Shown here one piece after another: positions 9,433 through 19,451 of a stretch of 64,000 nucleotides of DNA (position 1 is its first letter; the number at the start of each line of letters is the position of its first letter). This DNA comes from a virus. The translations under genes were made by a program, and so were the position numbers. The notes beneath the pieces were generated by a model. That model did not search any database and was not told the DNA's origin. It worked only from the letters and a program-made list of their open reading frames with translations. Where the stretch lies: IMG/VR virus record IMGVR_UViG_3300032288_001980, positions 64,001 through 128,000 of that record; one strand, written 5' to 3'.

Positions 9433-12071
9433 GCTACGTAGATGCTTTCTACAATAAACAAAAAGACTTAGTACAAATTGTCGAACGTATTAACGGGCAA
9501 AGAAAATTCAGAGACGTTCCAGTCAAGTATGTGTTTTATTACAAAGATGCCAAGGGCAAATATAAAAGCATATATGGCGAGTCTTTAAGTAAAGTTGCTG
9601 TTAACAATCACAAGTCGTTTGAAAAAGAAAAACGAATTTACAATAATAAAAGATTGTATGAAAGTGATATCAAGCCAGTGTTTCGTTGTTTAGAGGAAGA
9701 ATATCCTAACGGCGACACACCAGAACTAAACGTTTGTTTCTTTGACATTGAAGTTAACTTTGACAAAGAGCGCGGCTTTGCTGACCCCAGTGATCCGTTT
9801 AATAACATCACTAGTATAACTTTGTACCTTGGTTGGCTAGATAAGTTAATTACATTGTGTTTAAAACCTAATACCTTAACTAGAGACCAAGCCGCAGATA
9901 TTTGCAACAAGTTTGAAAATACTGTTCTTTGTAATACCGAAGAAGAAATGTTAGATATGTTTATTCATCTCGTAGATGATGCAGACATTCTCAGCGGATG
10001 GAACAGCGAAGGTTTTGATATTCCTTATACTCTTAATCGTATTGCTAGAGTAATGGGCCAAGATCATTGCAAACGTTTTTGTTTGTGGGATCAAAAGCCT
10101 AAAGCACGTGAGTTTGAAAAGTATGGTAAAACTGCTGTTACCTATGACTTAATTGGTCGTGTACACCTTGACTATCTTGAACTGTATCGCAAATATACCT
10201 ATCACGAACTTCATACATACCGACTTGACTATGTAGGAGAATATGAACTAGGTGAAACTAAGGTTCACTATGAAGGTACTTTGGATCAGTTATACAACAA
10301 TGACTTTGAAAAGTTTATTGCGTATAACAGACAAGACGTTATGTTGTTAGTCAAGTTGGATAAGAAACTACAGTACATTGACTTAGTAAACGTTTTAGCA
10401 CACGCCAATGGAGTATTATTCCAAACTACAATGGGTGCTGTAGCTGTTACAGATCAGGCTGTTATTAAAGAAGCGCATAACAGAGGACTAATTGTTCCTG
10501 ACCGCACAAGAGAACACGCCGAAACACAGGCTGCTGGTGCTTACGTTGCATATCCTAAAAAAGGTATACACGAATGGATTGGAAGCATGGACTTAAACAG
10601 TCTGTATCCTTCCGTGATCCGGGCCCTTAATATGAGTCCAGAAACTATCGTGGGACAACTGCGTATGGATATGACCAAAGCAATGATTCGCGATGGTATG
10701 GCGGCCGGTAAGAGCTTTGCTGACTGCTGGGACGGAAGATTTGCTACTATGGAATACGAAGTAGTAATGAATCAAGACATTGGCACTGATGTTATTATTG
10801 ATTGGGAAAACGGGCGTAGTGAACAAGTAAGCGGGAAACAGGCTTATGAAATGATTTTCTTAAGCGGACAAAATCTTATTCTTAGCGCCAATGGCACAAT
10901 ATTTAATTACACAGAAAAGGGTGTTATTCCAGGTTTGCTAGAACGCTGGTATGCTGAACGTAAAGAACTGCAAAAGAAAGCTAAGTCGGCAACAGATCCC
11001 AAAGAGTTTGAGTTTTGGGACAAGCGACAGCTAGTTAAGAAGATTAACTTGAACTCTGCTTATGGTGCGTTGTTGAACGCAGGCAGCAGGTTCTTTGATC
11101 AACGCCTGGGTCAAAGTACAACCTTAACTGGTCGCTGTATTGCTAGGCATATGGCGGCGCAGGTTAATGCTATGTTTACTGGCGAGTACAATCACGTAGG
11201 TGATACCATTATCTATGGTGACACGGACTCCGTATACTTTAGTGCGTGGCCTGTTTTCAAAGGCGAAGCCAATCGAGGAGAATTGGATTGGAGTAAAGAA
11301 AAAATTGTAGAACTCTACGATACTGTTAGCGCCGAAGTCAACGATACCTTTCCTGCATTTATGAACAAAGCCTTTAATGTACCTAGTTTGTACGCGGCAC
11401 CAATTAAAGCAGGTCGTGAAGTTGTTGCTAGTAAAGGAATTTATATTACTAAAAAACGTTATGCTGTTCTTATCTATGACAAGGAAGGCAAACGTAAAGA
11501 CATCGATGGAGAAGAAGGCGAAATCAAAGCCATGGGATTGGATCTTAAGCGAGCCGATACTCCAGAGTACATGCAAAAGTTCTTAGAAGAAATTTTACTA
11601 ATGTTGTTAGTTGGCGATGAAAAACAAAAAATTCTAGATAAGATTATTGAATTTAGAAAAGAATTCAAAGCCAAACCAGCATGGGAAAAAGGTACGCCCA
11701 AACGTGTAAACAATTTGACTCAACATACAGCAGTATTCAATAAGACAGGCAAATGCGGTATTGGACATGCATTGGCTGCTATTAATTGGAATAGAATTAA
11801 AAAGATGCACAATGACCAATTCAGTATGGATGCTGTTGACGGCATGAAAGTTATTGTGTGTAAATTGAAAAGTAATCCATTAGGAATGACTAGCATTGCT
11901 TATCCTACAGATGAGCAACGTTTGCCATTATGGTTTAAAGAATTGCCTTTTGATGAAGAAGCAATGGAAGAAGCCATTATTGATAATAAGATTGACAACC
12001 TCCTAGGCGTGTTAGGATGGGACTTACAGTCAACTAAAATGAAGAATACGTTCAACTTATTGTTTGAATAA
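9429..12071 (+). CDS. Family B DNA polymerase (T4 gp43-like)
   Basis: Exonuclease motifs FFDIE, GWNSEGFDIPY, YNRQD; polymerase motifs SMDLNSLYPS, KKINLNSAYG, YGDTDS, KKRY; 880 aa with no insertion. Confidence 0.97.
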   Translation: MSYVDAFYNKQKDLVQIVERINGQRKFRDVPVKYVFYYKDAKGKYKSIYGESLSKVAVNNHKSFEKEKRIYNNKRLYESDIKPVFRCLEEEYPNGDTPELNVCFFDIEVNFDKERGFADPSDPFNNITSITLYLGWLDKLITLCLKPNTLTRDQAADICNKFENTVLCNTEEEMLDMFIHLVDDADILSGWNSEGFDIPYTLNRIARVMGQDHCKRFCLWDQKPKAREFEKYGKTAVTYDLIGRVHLDYLELYRKYTYHELHTYRLDYVGEYELGETKVHYEGTLDQLYNNDFEKFIAYNRQDVMLLVKLDKKLQYIDLVNVLAHANGVLFQTTMGAVAVTDQAVIKEAHNRGLIVPDRTREHAETQAAGAYVAYPKKGIHEWIGSMDLNSLYPSVIRALNMSPETIVGQLRMDMTKAMIRDGMAAGKSFADCWDGRFATMEYEVVMNQDIGTDVIIDWENGRSEQVSGKQAYEMIFLSGQNLILSANGTIFNYTEKGVIPGLLERWYAERKELQKKAKSATDPKEFEFWDKRQLVKKINLNSAYGALLNAGSRFFDQRLGQSTTLTGRCIARHMAAQVNAMFTGEYNHVGDTIIYGDTDSVYFSAWPVFKGEANRGELDWSKEKIVELYDTVSAEVNDTFPAFMNKAFNVPSLYAAPIKAGREVVASKGIYITKKRYAVLIYDKEGKRKDIDGEEGEIKAMGLDLKRADTPEYMQKFLEEILLMLLVGDEKQKILDKIIEFRKEFKAKPAWEKGTPKRVNNLTQHTAVFNKTGKCGIGHALAAINWNRIKKMHNDQFSMDAVDGMKVIVCKLKSNPLGMTSIAYPTDEQRLPLWFKELPFDEEAMEEAIIDNKIDNLLGVLGWDLQSTKMKNTFNLLFE

Positions 12072-12074
12072 TTC

Positions 12075-12103
12075 TTGACACGACCTAAATAAACCTATAT
12101 ACT
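12075..12103 (+). promoter_or_regulatory. Sigma70-type promoter
   Basis: TTGACA, 17 nt, TATACT; AAGGAG RBS before 12124. Confidence 0.75.
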
Positions 12104-12123
12104 CACTGAAAGGAGATACAGAG

Positions 12124-12864
12124 ATGAAAGACATCGTATTAGACATTGTTAGGCATACCAGCGGACTAGGTATTATTGACAGTCTCAAGGTAACCGGCAC
12201 AGCCGAAGAAACGCAAATTGCGGCAATCGACCAAGACAAAACAGTCATTTTAAATGCTAAACTACACAAACCCGAAGGCGACTTTATTGGCGAATTTGGT
12301 ATGGGTAATTTAGGATTTTTAAATGGCGTTTGTAACTTGTATGCTAAAGACGGTACAACTGTAGAAGTTGTTAAGACTAATCGCAATGGCGCTGAGTTAC
12401 CAGAGACACTAGTGTTCAAAGACCCTGACGGCAATTCAGACAAATATCGTTTGATGAGCAAAGAAGTTATTGACACACAAATTCAAACTGTTAAGTTTAA
12501 AGGGGCTAACTGGGACGTTACATTTGAACCTACTAAGGCCAAAGTTCAAGACCTGGCACAGGCCGCAAGCATTTATTCTAGCATCGAGCCTACATTTACT
12601 ATTCGCACAGAAAATGGCAACTTAGTGTTAGAGCTAGGTAGCGCCAACGGAGGCAGTCACTTTGGTAAGCGCACATTTGCTAACAATGTGGGCGGAACTA
12701 TCAAAGGAGATTTGAGCTTTCCGTTAACTCAGTTCTTAACTATTCTAAAGTTAGGCATGGGCGGTATTTGTGCTGTTAACTTTAGTAACCAAGGTGCTTG
12801 TATGATTAGTGTCGACAGTGGCATTGGTTTATACAACTACATCCTTCCAGCAATGACTCGCTAA
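12124..12864 (+). CDS. DNA polymerase sliding clamp (gp45-like)
   Basis: 246 aa, beta-strand-rich two-domain pattern, directly after the polymerase; no unique catalytic motif. Confidence 0.65.
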   Translation: MKDIVLDIVRHTSGLGIIDSLKVTGTAEETQIAAIDQDKTVILNAKLHKPEGDFIGEFGMGNLGFLNGVCNLYAKDGTTVEVVKTNRNGAELPETLVFKDPDGNSDKYRLMSKEVIDTQIQTVKFKGANWDVTFEPTKAKVQDLAQAASIYSSIEPTFTIRTENGNLVLELGSANGGSHFGKRTFANNVGGTIKGDLSFPLTQFLTILKLGMGGICAVNFSNQGACMISVDSGIGLYNYILPAMTR

Positions 12865-12876
12865 TAGGAGATTTCC

Positions 12877-13098
12877 ATGTACGAAAACCGCATCCGACAT
12901 CTAACTGAAGCACATCACGTTTTAGATAAGCAAATTGCAGACATGGAGAGAAATCACCCTCATGTACAAGAACAAAAACTACATGACTTGAAGAAAAAGA
13001 AATTAGCACTCAAAGACGAAATTGCTAGACTACAAAGACTACAGTACGAACATGATCGGGAAAGTCTCGATCATTGGGATGACGATGAAAGACGATAA
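12877..13098 (+). CDS. YdcH/DUF465-like coiled-coil protein
   Basis: HHVLDKQIADME..LHDLKKKKLALKDEIARL pattern; TAGGAG RBS. Confidence 0.75.
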   Translation: MYENRIRHLTEAHHVLDKQIADMERNHPHVQEQKLHDLKKKKLALKDEIARLQRLQYEHDRESLDHWDDDERR

Positions 13099-14631
13099 AT
13101 GAGTAAAACAACAGTGGACTTAGATCCGCGCAATAAAGACTATGCAATATTCTTGCCTAGTATCAGTGGATTCTATAATACCTTTATTTCAAAACAACAA
13201 GAAGGCGAATACATTGAAGCTAGTCGTATTCCTGTTGAGTTTGAAAATGGTATCGAAGGTATGAACTTTCTTAATAAAGAAAAGGCATACTTTCATTATA
13301 GTCACGCATTGTATTCGGCAGGCCATGCACAGTTAGACTTGAAAAAGTCTTGGGTGCAGGAAAGCATGGTACAGCAACGTGACAAGCCAAACACATTTAT
13401 TCTTGGCGACTCTGGCGGGTTCCAAATTGGTAAGGGTGTTATTAACTTTGACTGGAAGCACTTCTGGGAAAAGCAAGGCGATGCTGGTTATATCGGAGAA
13501 GCAGATAAAACACGTATGGCTATCCTTAACTGGTTAGAGTTTACTGCTGACTATAGCATGGTACTAGACTTACCTACGTGGGCTAGTAATCCTATTAATC
13601 AACCTCGCACTGGCCTTAAAGACTTTAACGACTGTTTAAAAGGAACTTTGTTTAACAACGATTTCTTCTTAAAGCATCGTCAAGGCAAGACTAAATTCTT
13701 AAACGTTTTACAAGGCGGTAATAACGTTGACGCAGAGATTTGGTATGACGCTGTCAAGCACTATCCTTTCGAGGGTTGGGCTATGGGTGGTAATAACATG
13801 AAGGATGTAGACCTCATGTTACGCCGTTTAATCAAGCTACGTGATGAGAAACTACTAGAGCCGGGCCGCAATGTTATTCACTTTCTGGGTACTAGCAAAC
13901 TTGAACTTGCCTGCTTATTAACGGCCGTTCAACGTAATATTCGTGAGCATGTTAACCCTAATATGAAGGTTACATTTGACTGTGCCAGTCCTTTCTTGGC
14001 CACTGCTTACGGACAAGTTTATACACAACACGTTCATCAAAACGATCGCTTCAGTTACTTGATGACTAAGGCAGTTGATAACAAAAAGCTAAGTGGCAGT
14101 AAAATTCCATGGCCCTGGACCAGCCCAGTTGGTGAACGTATGACTATGGGCGACTTGTGTTACTATGCTCCGGGTATGCTTAACAAGTTAGGCAAGGAAG
14201 GTAAGACCAGCTGGGATAGTTTCAGTTACTTCTTAATGATGGGTCATAATGTTTATCAACACATTGAATCAGTTCAACGTGCTAATGCATTAAATGATGC
14301 GGCCTGTGCAATGCATCAACCAGATCCTAGTGCTTGGCATAAAGTTAAGAAGGGTGCAGATGAGTTTAGCGAGTGGGTTCCACGTAATGTAATTTACATG
14401 AACGAACTTGTTAATCGTGTGTTTACAAGTCAAACTCCTTTTACAGAGTTGGACCGGGCACAAGACTTGTTGGCAAACTTTAATGGCACTAAGACTCTCA
14501 AGAGCACAGTGGCTGGATTTAATAATCTGTTCGAAGTTGAAGATGCTGGTAAGGACAATGACAGTAATATGTTTGATGATCCTGAAACAGTTGAACAAGG
14601 AGAACAACTACTAGAAAGTATTCTCGAGTGA
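13099..14631 (+). CDS. TGT-fold guanine transglycosylase (DpdA/TGT-like)
   Basis: TGT-family motifs in the expected order: GDSGGFQ, VLDLP, VLQGG, GWAMGG, HFLGT, TFDCASP (nucleophile Asp), GHN. Confidence 0.85.
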   Translation: MSKTTVDLDPRNKDYAIFLPSISGFYNTFISKQQEGEYIEASRIPVEFENGIEGMNFLNKEKAYFHYSHALYSAGHAQLDLKKSWVQESMVQQRDKPNTFILGDSGGFQIGKGVINFDWKHFWEKQGDAGYIGEADKTRMAILNWLEFTADYSMVLDLPTWASNPINQPRTGLKDFNDCLKGTLFNNDFFLKHRQGKTKFLNVLQGGNNVDAEIWYDAVKHYPFEGWAMGGNNMKDVDLMLRRLIKLRDEKLLEPGRNVIHFLGTSKLELACLLTAVQRNIREHVNPNMKVTFDCASPFLATAYGQVYTQHVHQNDRFSYLMTKAVDNKKLSGSKIPWPWTSPVGERMTMGDLCYYAPGMLNKLGKEGKTSWDSFSYFLMMGHNVYQHIESVQRANALNDAACAMHQPDPSAWHKVKKGADEFSEWVPRNVIYMNELVNRVFTSQTPFTELDRAQDLLANFNGTKTLKSTVAGFNNLFEVEDAGKDNDSNMFDDPETVEQGEQLLESILE

Positions 14632-15509
14632 AAAGTCTAATTGTAGGGATGGGATTCGGTAATGCTGTTTACCGACCAATATTAGAAAGTATGGGTCATG
14701 AAATTTTTACAGTTGACCCGTTTTTACCTTCGGATTACAAAACAGTTGATGCGGCAGTTATTGTTAATAAAAGATTTGATACTGTTCATATTTGTACACC
14801 AAATTGGACGCATGAAGATATAGCAAGAACTGTTGCTCACTATACCGGCATTGTGTTTATTGAAAAGCCCGGTGTAATTAATAGTCAAGCATGGTCAAAA
14901 CTTATAGCCGCATATCCTAATACTAGATTTATAATGGTTAAAAATAATCAGTATAGACAAGAAATTAAAGAATTTCAAAGACTAGCTGAATCTAGTGATA
15001 CTGTGTATGTTCGTTGGAATAGTGCAAATCGTATTCCTAATCCAGGCAGTTGGTTCACTACTAAAAAATTGTCCTTTGGCGGAGTTAGCAGAGACTTAAT
15101 GCCTCACATGCTAAGTTATTACTGTGCCTTGACAAATTATCAACAAGGCACTAAACTAAAAGAAACTGCAACTCAAAATTACAGTTTAAAAGATATTACC
15201 AGCACTGACTATGGCATTGTTAATCCTAGTGGAACATATGATGTTGATGACTTTTGTCATTTAGAATTTCAAAATGGTAATACTAAATGGGTGTTAAGTG
15301 CTAATTGGAAAACTAATTTAGATCACGATGACAGTAGCATTTCTTTTAGTATGAAAAATTCCGCAGTAAGACATGAACTAGGACTTTGTCCTGAATCTGC
15401 TTATCGTACAATGATAGAAACTGCTATTAAAAATAAAACAAACGATAAATTTTGGCAGGATCAACTTGCTCAAGATATATGGATTCATCAACAGATAGAA
15501 AATCTATGA
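14628..15509 (+). CDS. Gfo/Idh/MocA-family oxidoreductase
   Basis: Rossmann LIVGMGFG, ICTP..TH, IEKP, GG..RDLMPH. Confidence 0.8.
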   Translation: MKSLIVGMGFGNAVYRPILESMGHEIFTVDPFLPSDYKTVDAAVIVNKRFDTVHICTPNWTHEDIARTVAHYTGIVFIEKPGVINSQAWSKLIAAYPNTRFIMVKNNQYRQEIKEFQRLAESSDTVYVRWNSANRIPNPGSWFTTKKLSFGGVSRDLMPHMLSYYCALTNYQQGTKLKETATQNYSLKDITSTDYGIVNPSGTYDVDDFCHLEFQNGNTKWVLSANWKTNLDHDDSSISFSMKNSAVRHELGLCPESAYRTMIETAIKNKTNDKFWQDQLAQDIWIHQQIENL

Positions 15510-16411
15510 ATAGAGTATTAGCCACAGAAGGCAACGGTATTTTTTATGAAACTGAATATGCTTTGCCCGATTGCGACGAAGATGGTATTCAAGTACGTGC
15601 TGTTATGACTGGTGTTTGTCGCAGTGATATTGATATGATGCAGGGCAACTTTGGTCCGTTGCCATTAGGTATGCAAGGTCACGAGGGACTAGCACAAGTA
15701 GAGAAAGTAGGAAAGTATGTCCAAGACGTCAAACCAGGAGACTACGTCGCAACCAGAGGCGAACCAGCATACGCAGATCGATATACCGTTCGCGCTAGAG
15801 AGTATGTTAAGGTTGCAGAGCCTTTACCAAGAAATATTTTGGAACCAGTGGCTTGCGGCATTAACGTGGTACAGCAACCCATACGCGAAATCGCAGAAAG
15901 ATCAGGACCAGGACGTAGACTATTAATTCTCGGTAGCGGCTTTCTTGCGTGGGTAGCATACAATACAATTAAACTTAACCATTTAGATTTTGAAATAACT
16001 GTAATTGGTTCCAGTAATCAAGAACTTTGGGGTCAAAGACTAACGTCATATTACGGTGGCAAGTTTGATGTTGTCATCGACCTAAGTAATAGAGATGATG
16101 TGTTTACACAAGACATTCTTCACAACGAAGCACTAATTGTATTTGGAGTTGAAAAAACTATTACCACTTCATTTAGCAATTTACTTTGGAAAGCCTGTAC
16201 TATTATGTTTCCTAGTCCCAGGACAGATGGCTTTTATAAATGTATGCAAGATGCCGCATACTGGGTAGAGATGGGTGATATTGTTGTTGACAGCTTCTGG
16301 TCTAAGGAGTATAATAGAGATACAGAGTGGCAACAAGCATTTACAGACGGTGTTACTAGGCCTGCTGGATACTCCAGAGGCTATATTAAATGGAATAATA
16401 ATGGCTCTTGA
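15506..16411 (+). CDS. Zn-dependent medium-chain (GroES-like) dehydrogenase
   Basis: GVCRSD and GHEG zinc-ligand motifs, EPVACG, ILGSG; ATGA overlap with the upstream gene. Confidence 0.8.
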   Translation: MNRVLATEGNGIFYETEYALPDCDEDGIQVRAVMTGVCRSDIDMMQGNFGPLPLGMQGHEGLAQVEKVGKYVQDVKPGDYVATRGEPAYADRYTVRAREYVKVAEPLPRNILEPVACGINVVQQPIREIAERSGPGRRLLILGSGFLAWVAYNTIKLNHLDFEITVIGSSNQELWGQRLTSYYGGKFDVVIDLSNRDDVFTQDILHNEALIVFGVEKTITTSFSNLLWKACTIMFPSPRTDGFYKCMQDAAYWVEMGDIVVDSFWSKEYNRDTEWQQAFTDGVTRPAGYSRGYIKWNNNGS

Positions 16412-16934
16412 TACTGTAGAACGACAAGCGGTAACTTATTTTTTCGGTACTGAAGTAGAAAATACTGCTATGAAAGGTGAACCAACTTTGTTTGTAGTTG
16501 GAATTCAACCTGTTGATGTTATTGCTAAACATATCAACAAATACAATTTAAATGCCGGTAGGCCTTGCAGGCATGTTTATCTTGGAACTAGTCAGAGTTT
16601 TCATCCAGGGTCTGTTGACGAATGGCATGACTGGAATAAAATGATTTCCGAATTGTTGGATGCTGGCTACTGGGTTACATTGGACTTTGGTGTAGAGTAC
16701 GCAGAGGAACTACACGAAGATGGCTGGTGCGAAAACAATCGCTTTATTCCAATGATCAGTGTTAAACTTCCATACATTAAGTTATACAATTACAATGCTA
16801 CTCTAAAAATTGATGATGTTACTTGGGGACACAGTAATCCTGGAGTATGGTGTCACAGTTTACACGATTTAATGAACCGTTCAGTCTATACAGACTGGAA
16901 AGACTATGTAGGCGATACGCCTGTTGGAGAATAA
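16401..16934 (+). CDS. Hypothetical protein within the deazaguanine module
   Basis: Contiguous ORF overlapping both neighbours; ATG 16401 preferred to track start 16275. Confidence 0.7.
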   Translation: MALDTVERQAVTYFFGTEVENTAMKGEPTLFVVGIQPVDVIAKHINKYNLNAGRPCRHVYLGTSQSFHPGSVDEWHDWNKMISELLDAGYWVTLDFGVEYAEELHEDGWCENNRFIPMISVKLPYIKLYNYNATLKIDDVTWGHSNPGVWCHSLHDLMNRSVYTDWKDYVGDTPVGE

Positions 16935-17304
16935 TATGCAACAAAGATGGATTTATGTAAAATTCCAAAAAGAAGGTATTCACAAATACCCAGCGGCTTT
17001 AACCGACCCTAACCTAGCTACAGGAGATCAATATGATGTTTCGTTTCTTGGTTATCCTCATCGCCACATTTTCCATTTCAGGGTGTGGATTACTGTTGTA
17101 CACGATGATAGGGACATCGAGTTCATCCAATTCAAGCGATGGCTCGAAAACCTCTACAACACAGGAACAATCCAACTCGACTACAAGAGTTGCGAAATGA
17201 TGGCCGATGACCTTTACCAACAAATTTCAACAAAGTATCCAGGACGCAGTGTCCGGATCGATATCTCAGAGGATGATGAAAATGGCGCATACATTGAATA
17301 CTAA
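16924..17304 (+). CDS. QueD-like (6-carboxytetrahydropterin synthase-like, T-fold) protein
   Basis: PHRHIFHFRV His cluster, RDIEF, SCEMMA..L; size and context with folE and queE. Confidence 0.55.
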   Translation: MENNMQQRWIYVKFQKEGIHKYPAALTDPNLATGDQYDVSFLGYPHRHIFHFRVWITVVHDDRDIEFIQFKRWLENLYNTGTIQLDYKSCEMMADDLYQQISTKYPGRSVRIDISEDDENGAYIEY

Positions 17305-17308
17305 GCCT

Positions 17309-17599
17309 ATGATTAAACCCATGATGAGCATGGATAATATTAAGTATGATTTACTTAAAATTGCAGAGCCATATGATGGCGTAATGTACGAAGGTAGTGG
17401 TTACCTTGTAGCAGATTTGTTTCATGCTTATTTGCGTGACCTGCAACGTGATCGTTTGATCTATGGCTATGACTTGCCAGAAGAACAATACAAAGAAAAC
17501 TCTGTTACGTTTGATGCTATTATCCAGCTGACAGAAGACCGTAGTCCCAAGAAGCTGAAAATTCACGTAGGCGTGTATAAGAGTGCTTGGAAAAACTAA
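17309..17599 (+). CDS. Hypothetical protein (start uncertain)
   Basis: Fills the gap between the QueD-like and glycosyltransferase genes; several in-frame ATGs from 17309 to 17330. Confidence 0.6.
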   Translation: MIKPMMSMDNIKYDLLKIAEPYDGVMYEGSGYLVADLFHAYLRDLQRDRLIYGYDLPEEQYKENSVTFDAIIQLTEDRSPKKLKIHVGVYKSAWKN

Positions 17600-18678
17600 T
17601 GGCTAATGTATTTTTAGTTGATCTTGAACCTGTAGAAACAAGGTACACGGGTCAGTGGAAATCTCATGTACCTGAACTACTAAGAAAGGCTGGCCACAAT
17701 GTTCAAATTTTATCTGGTCCTACGGATATTCCTAGTGCAACCACTCCTGGTGCTTTTCTTAACTTTGGCGGCACTAACATCTATAAGTCTTTACAAGTTG
17801 AAGGAATGGGTCGTTTATTCTGCTCCGGAGCAATTAAGCCTGGCGATCATTTTTTGTTTACTGATGCTTGGCATCCTGGCATCATAAACTTAAAATACAT
17901 GAGTGAACTGTTACAGATACCTGTAACTATTCACGCATTGTGGCATGCTGGTAGTTATGATCCACAGGACTTTTTAGGTCGCCTTATTGGCGATGCTAAA
18001 TGGGTAAGGCATGCAGAGATTAGCTTCTTTAGTGCCATTGATCACAACTACTTTGCTACACAATTTCACATTCAAATGTTTGCCGATGTTTTTGCTGATG
18101 GCGCCGACTGGTGGATCAAAGAACAGCTAATGACTGGTAAAATTGTACGCAGTGGCTGGCCTATGGAGTACTTAGACGAAACCCTGTCTACGTTTAAAGA
18201 TATTATCAAAGAAGATATTATTTTATTCCCTCATCGTATTGCTCCAGAAAAACAATTAAACATTTTTAAAGACTTGGCCGACGCTATGCCTGAGTACCAA
18301 TGGATAGTTGCACAAGAACATCAATTAACTAAACAACAGTATCACGAACTGTTAGGTCGTAGTAGAATTGTGTTTAGTGCTAACTTACAAGAAACTCTGG
18401 GCATTAGTTGTTACGAAGCATTGTGTGTTAATGCTTTCCCAATGGTACCAAATAGACTTAGCTATACAGAAATGTATCCCAATGTGTTTAAGTATGATTC
18501 CCGTTGGACTGAAAGTTTTGACAGTTACTTAAACTACAAAGACAGGATGATTGAATATATTAGAAAGACCATGAACGAAATGAAAGGTCAAGGGCATTTA
18601 GAATCTATTGTGCAGTCTAAGAATATTATTAAAAATAATTTCTTTACAGCATCTGCTATCTTAGGAAATATAAAATGA
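17599..18678 (+). CDS. Glycosyltransferase (GT-B/GT4-like)
   Basis: FPHRIAPEK and QETLGISCYEA (ExxG...E sugar-nucleotide motif), two-domain size. Confidence 0.8.
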   Translation: MANVFLVDLEPVETRYTGQWKSHVPELLRKAGHNVQILSGPTDIPSATTPGAFLNFGGTNIYKSLQVEGMGRLFCSGAIKPGDHFLFTDAWHPGIINLKYMSELLQIPVTIHALWHAGSYDPQDFLGRLIGDAKWVRHAEISFFSAIDHNYFATQFHIQMFADVFADGADWWIKEQLMTGKIVRSGWPMEYLDETLSTFKDIIKEDIILFPHRIAPEKQLNIFKDLADAMPEYQWIVAQEHQLTKQQYHELLGRSRIVFSANLQETLGISCYEALCVNAFPMVPNRLSYTEMYPNVFKYDSRWTESFDSYLNYKDRMIEYIRKTMNEMKGQGHLESIVQSKNIIKNNFFTASAILGNIK

Positions 18679-18917
18679 TTGATAAGGAAATAACTTTGTT
18701 AACTTTAGAACTTAAATCTTATGTTGATCACATAAATTCCGTTATGGAAAAATTACATAAGAAAAATTGTGAAGTCAGAATCAGTTATAAAGATGCCAGT
18801 GGTGAAAAGGCGCCCAGTATAGAACTGTGGCGTGTTATTGAGCACAATGATTATCTTAAAAGTTCTGCTCCTGCAGATTCACCCAAAGACTTTATAACAG
18901 AACTATCAAAATTCTAA
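18675..18917 (+). CDS. Hypothetical protein
   Basis: ATGA overlap with the upstream gene; 80 aa. Confidence 0.55.
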   Translation: MIDKEITLLTLELKSYVDHINSVMEKLHKKNCEVRISYKDASGEKAPSIELWRVIEHNDYLKSSAPADSPKDFITELSKF

Positions 18918-18921
18918 CAAG

Positions 18922-19392
18922 ATGATATTCAGTAAAGCAAGAGAACTAAAAGAGCAGGGCTATAAGATTGGCATTACTTTTAGCCAATTTGATATGTTAC
19001 ATGCTGGCCATATTGCTATGTTGGCCGAAGCCAAAACTCACTGCGATTATCTAATTGCCGGACTGCAAAATAATGCACAATGGGATCGCCCTGAAAAGAA
19101 CGAACCAATTCAAAGTATTGTAGAACGGCAAATCCAATTGGCTGCTGTGCGCTATGTGGATGAAATTGTTGTGTATAATACCGAACAAGATTTAGTAGAC
19201 CTATTGCTTATTTTACCTTTAGATGTTAGAATACTTGGTGTAGAATATGCACACAGAGATTTTACTGGTAAAGACGAATGTCATGCCCGTGGAATTGAAT
19301 TGATCTTTAATGGTAGAGATCACAGCTTCAGTAGTAGCAGTTTGCGTAGGCGTGTAGCAGAAGCTGAAAATTTTAGAAATACTGTTAAATAA
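18922..19392 (+). CDS. Cytidylyltransferase (TagD-like, HxGH family)
   Basis: SQFDMLHAGH, LIAGL, VRYVDEI, C-terminal SFSSSSLR. Confidence 0.85.
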   Translation: MIFSKARELKEQGYKIGITFSQFDMLHAGHIAMLAEAKTHCDYLIAGLQNNAQWDRPEKNEPIQSIVERQIQLAAVRYVDEIVVYNTEQDLVDLLLILPLDVRILGVEYAHRDFTGKDECHARGIELIFNGRDHSFSSSSLRRRVAEAENFRNTVK

Positions 19393-19394
19393 GA

Positions 19395-19446
19395 TTGCTA
19401 CACAAAGGTAGCAAATTTCAAATTTAACATCCGCGTAAGGAAGGAT
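19395..19446 (+). promoter_or_regulatory. Structured folE leader (hairpin plus RBS-overlapping pairing)
   Basis: TTGCTAC-ACAAAG-GTAGCAA (19395-19414) just after TAAATA (19386-19391); ATCC (19429-19432) can pair with GGAT (19443-19446) at the RBS. Confidence 0.4.
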
Positions 19447-19451
19447 ACACT

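Noticed and set aside
9429-12071. Intein or intron in the DNA polymerase
   Set aside because: 880 aa is normal for the family, motifs are regularly spaced, and no splicing or homing endonuclease motifs are seen.
17599-18678. T4-type hydroxymethylcytosine glucosyltransferase
   Set aside because: No dCMP hydroxymethylase or dCTPase is recognisable in the window and the neighbours are deazaguanine genes. Not excluded for the rest of the genome.
19395-19446. preQ1 riboswitch upstream of folE
   Set aside because: Lacks the preQ1-I loop consensus and the 3' A-rich tail; kept only as an unassigned structured leader.
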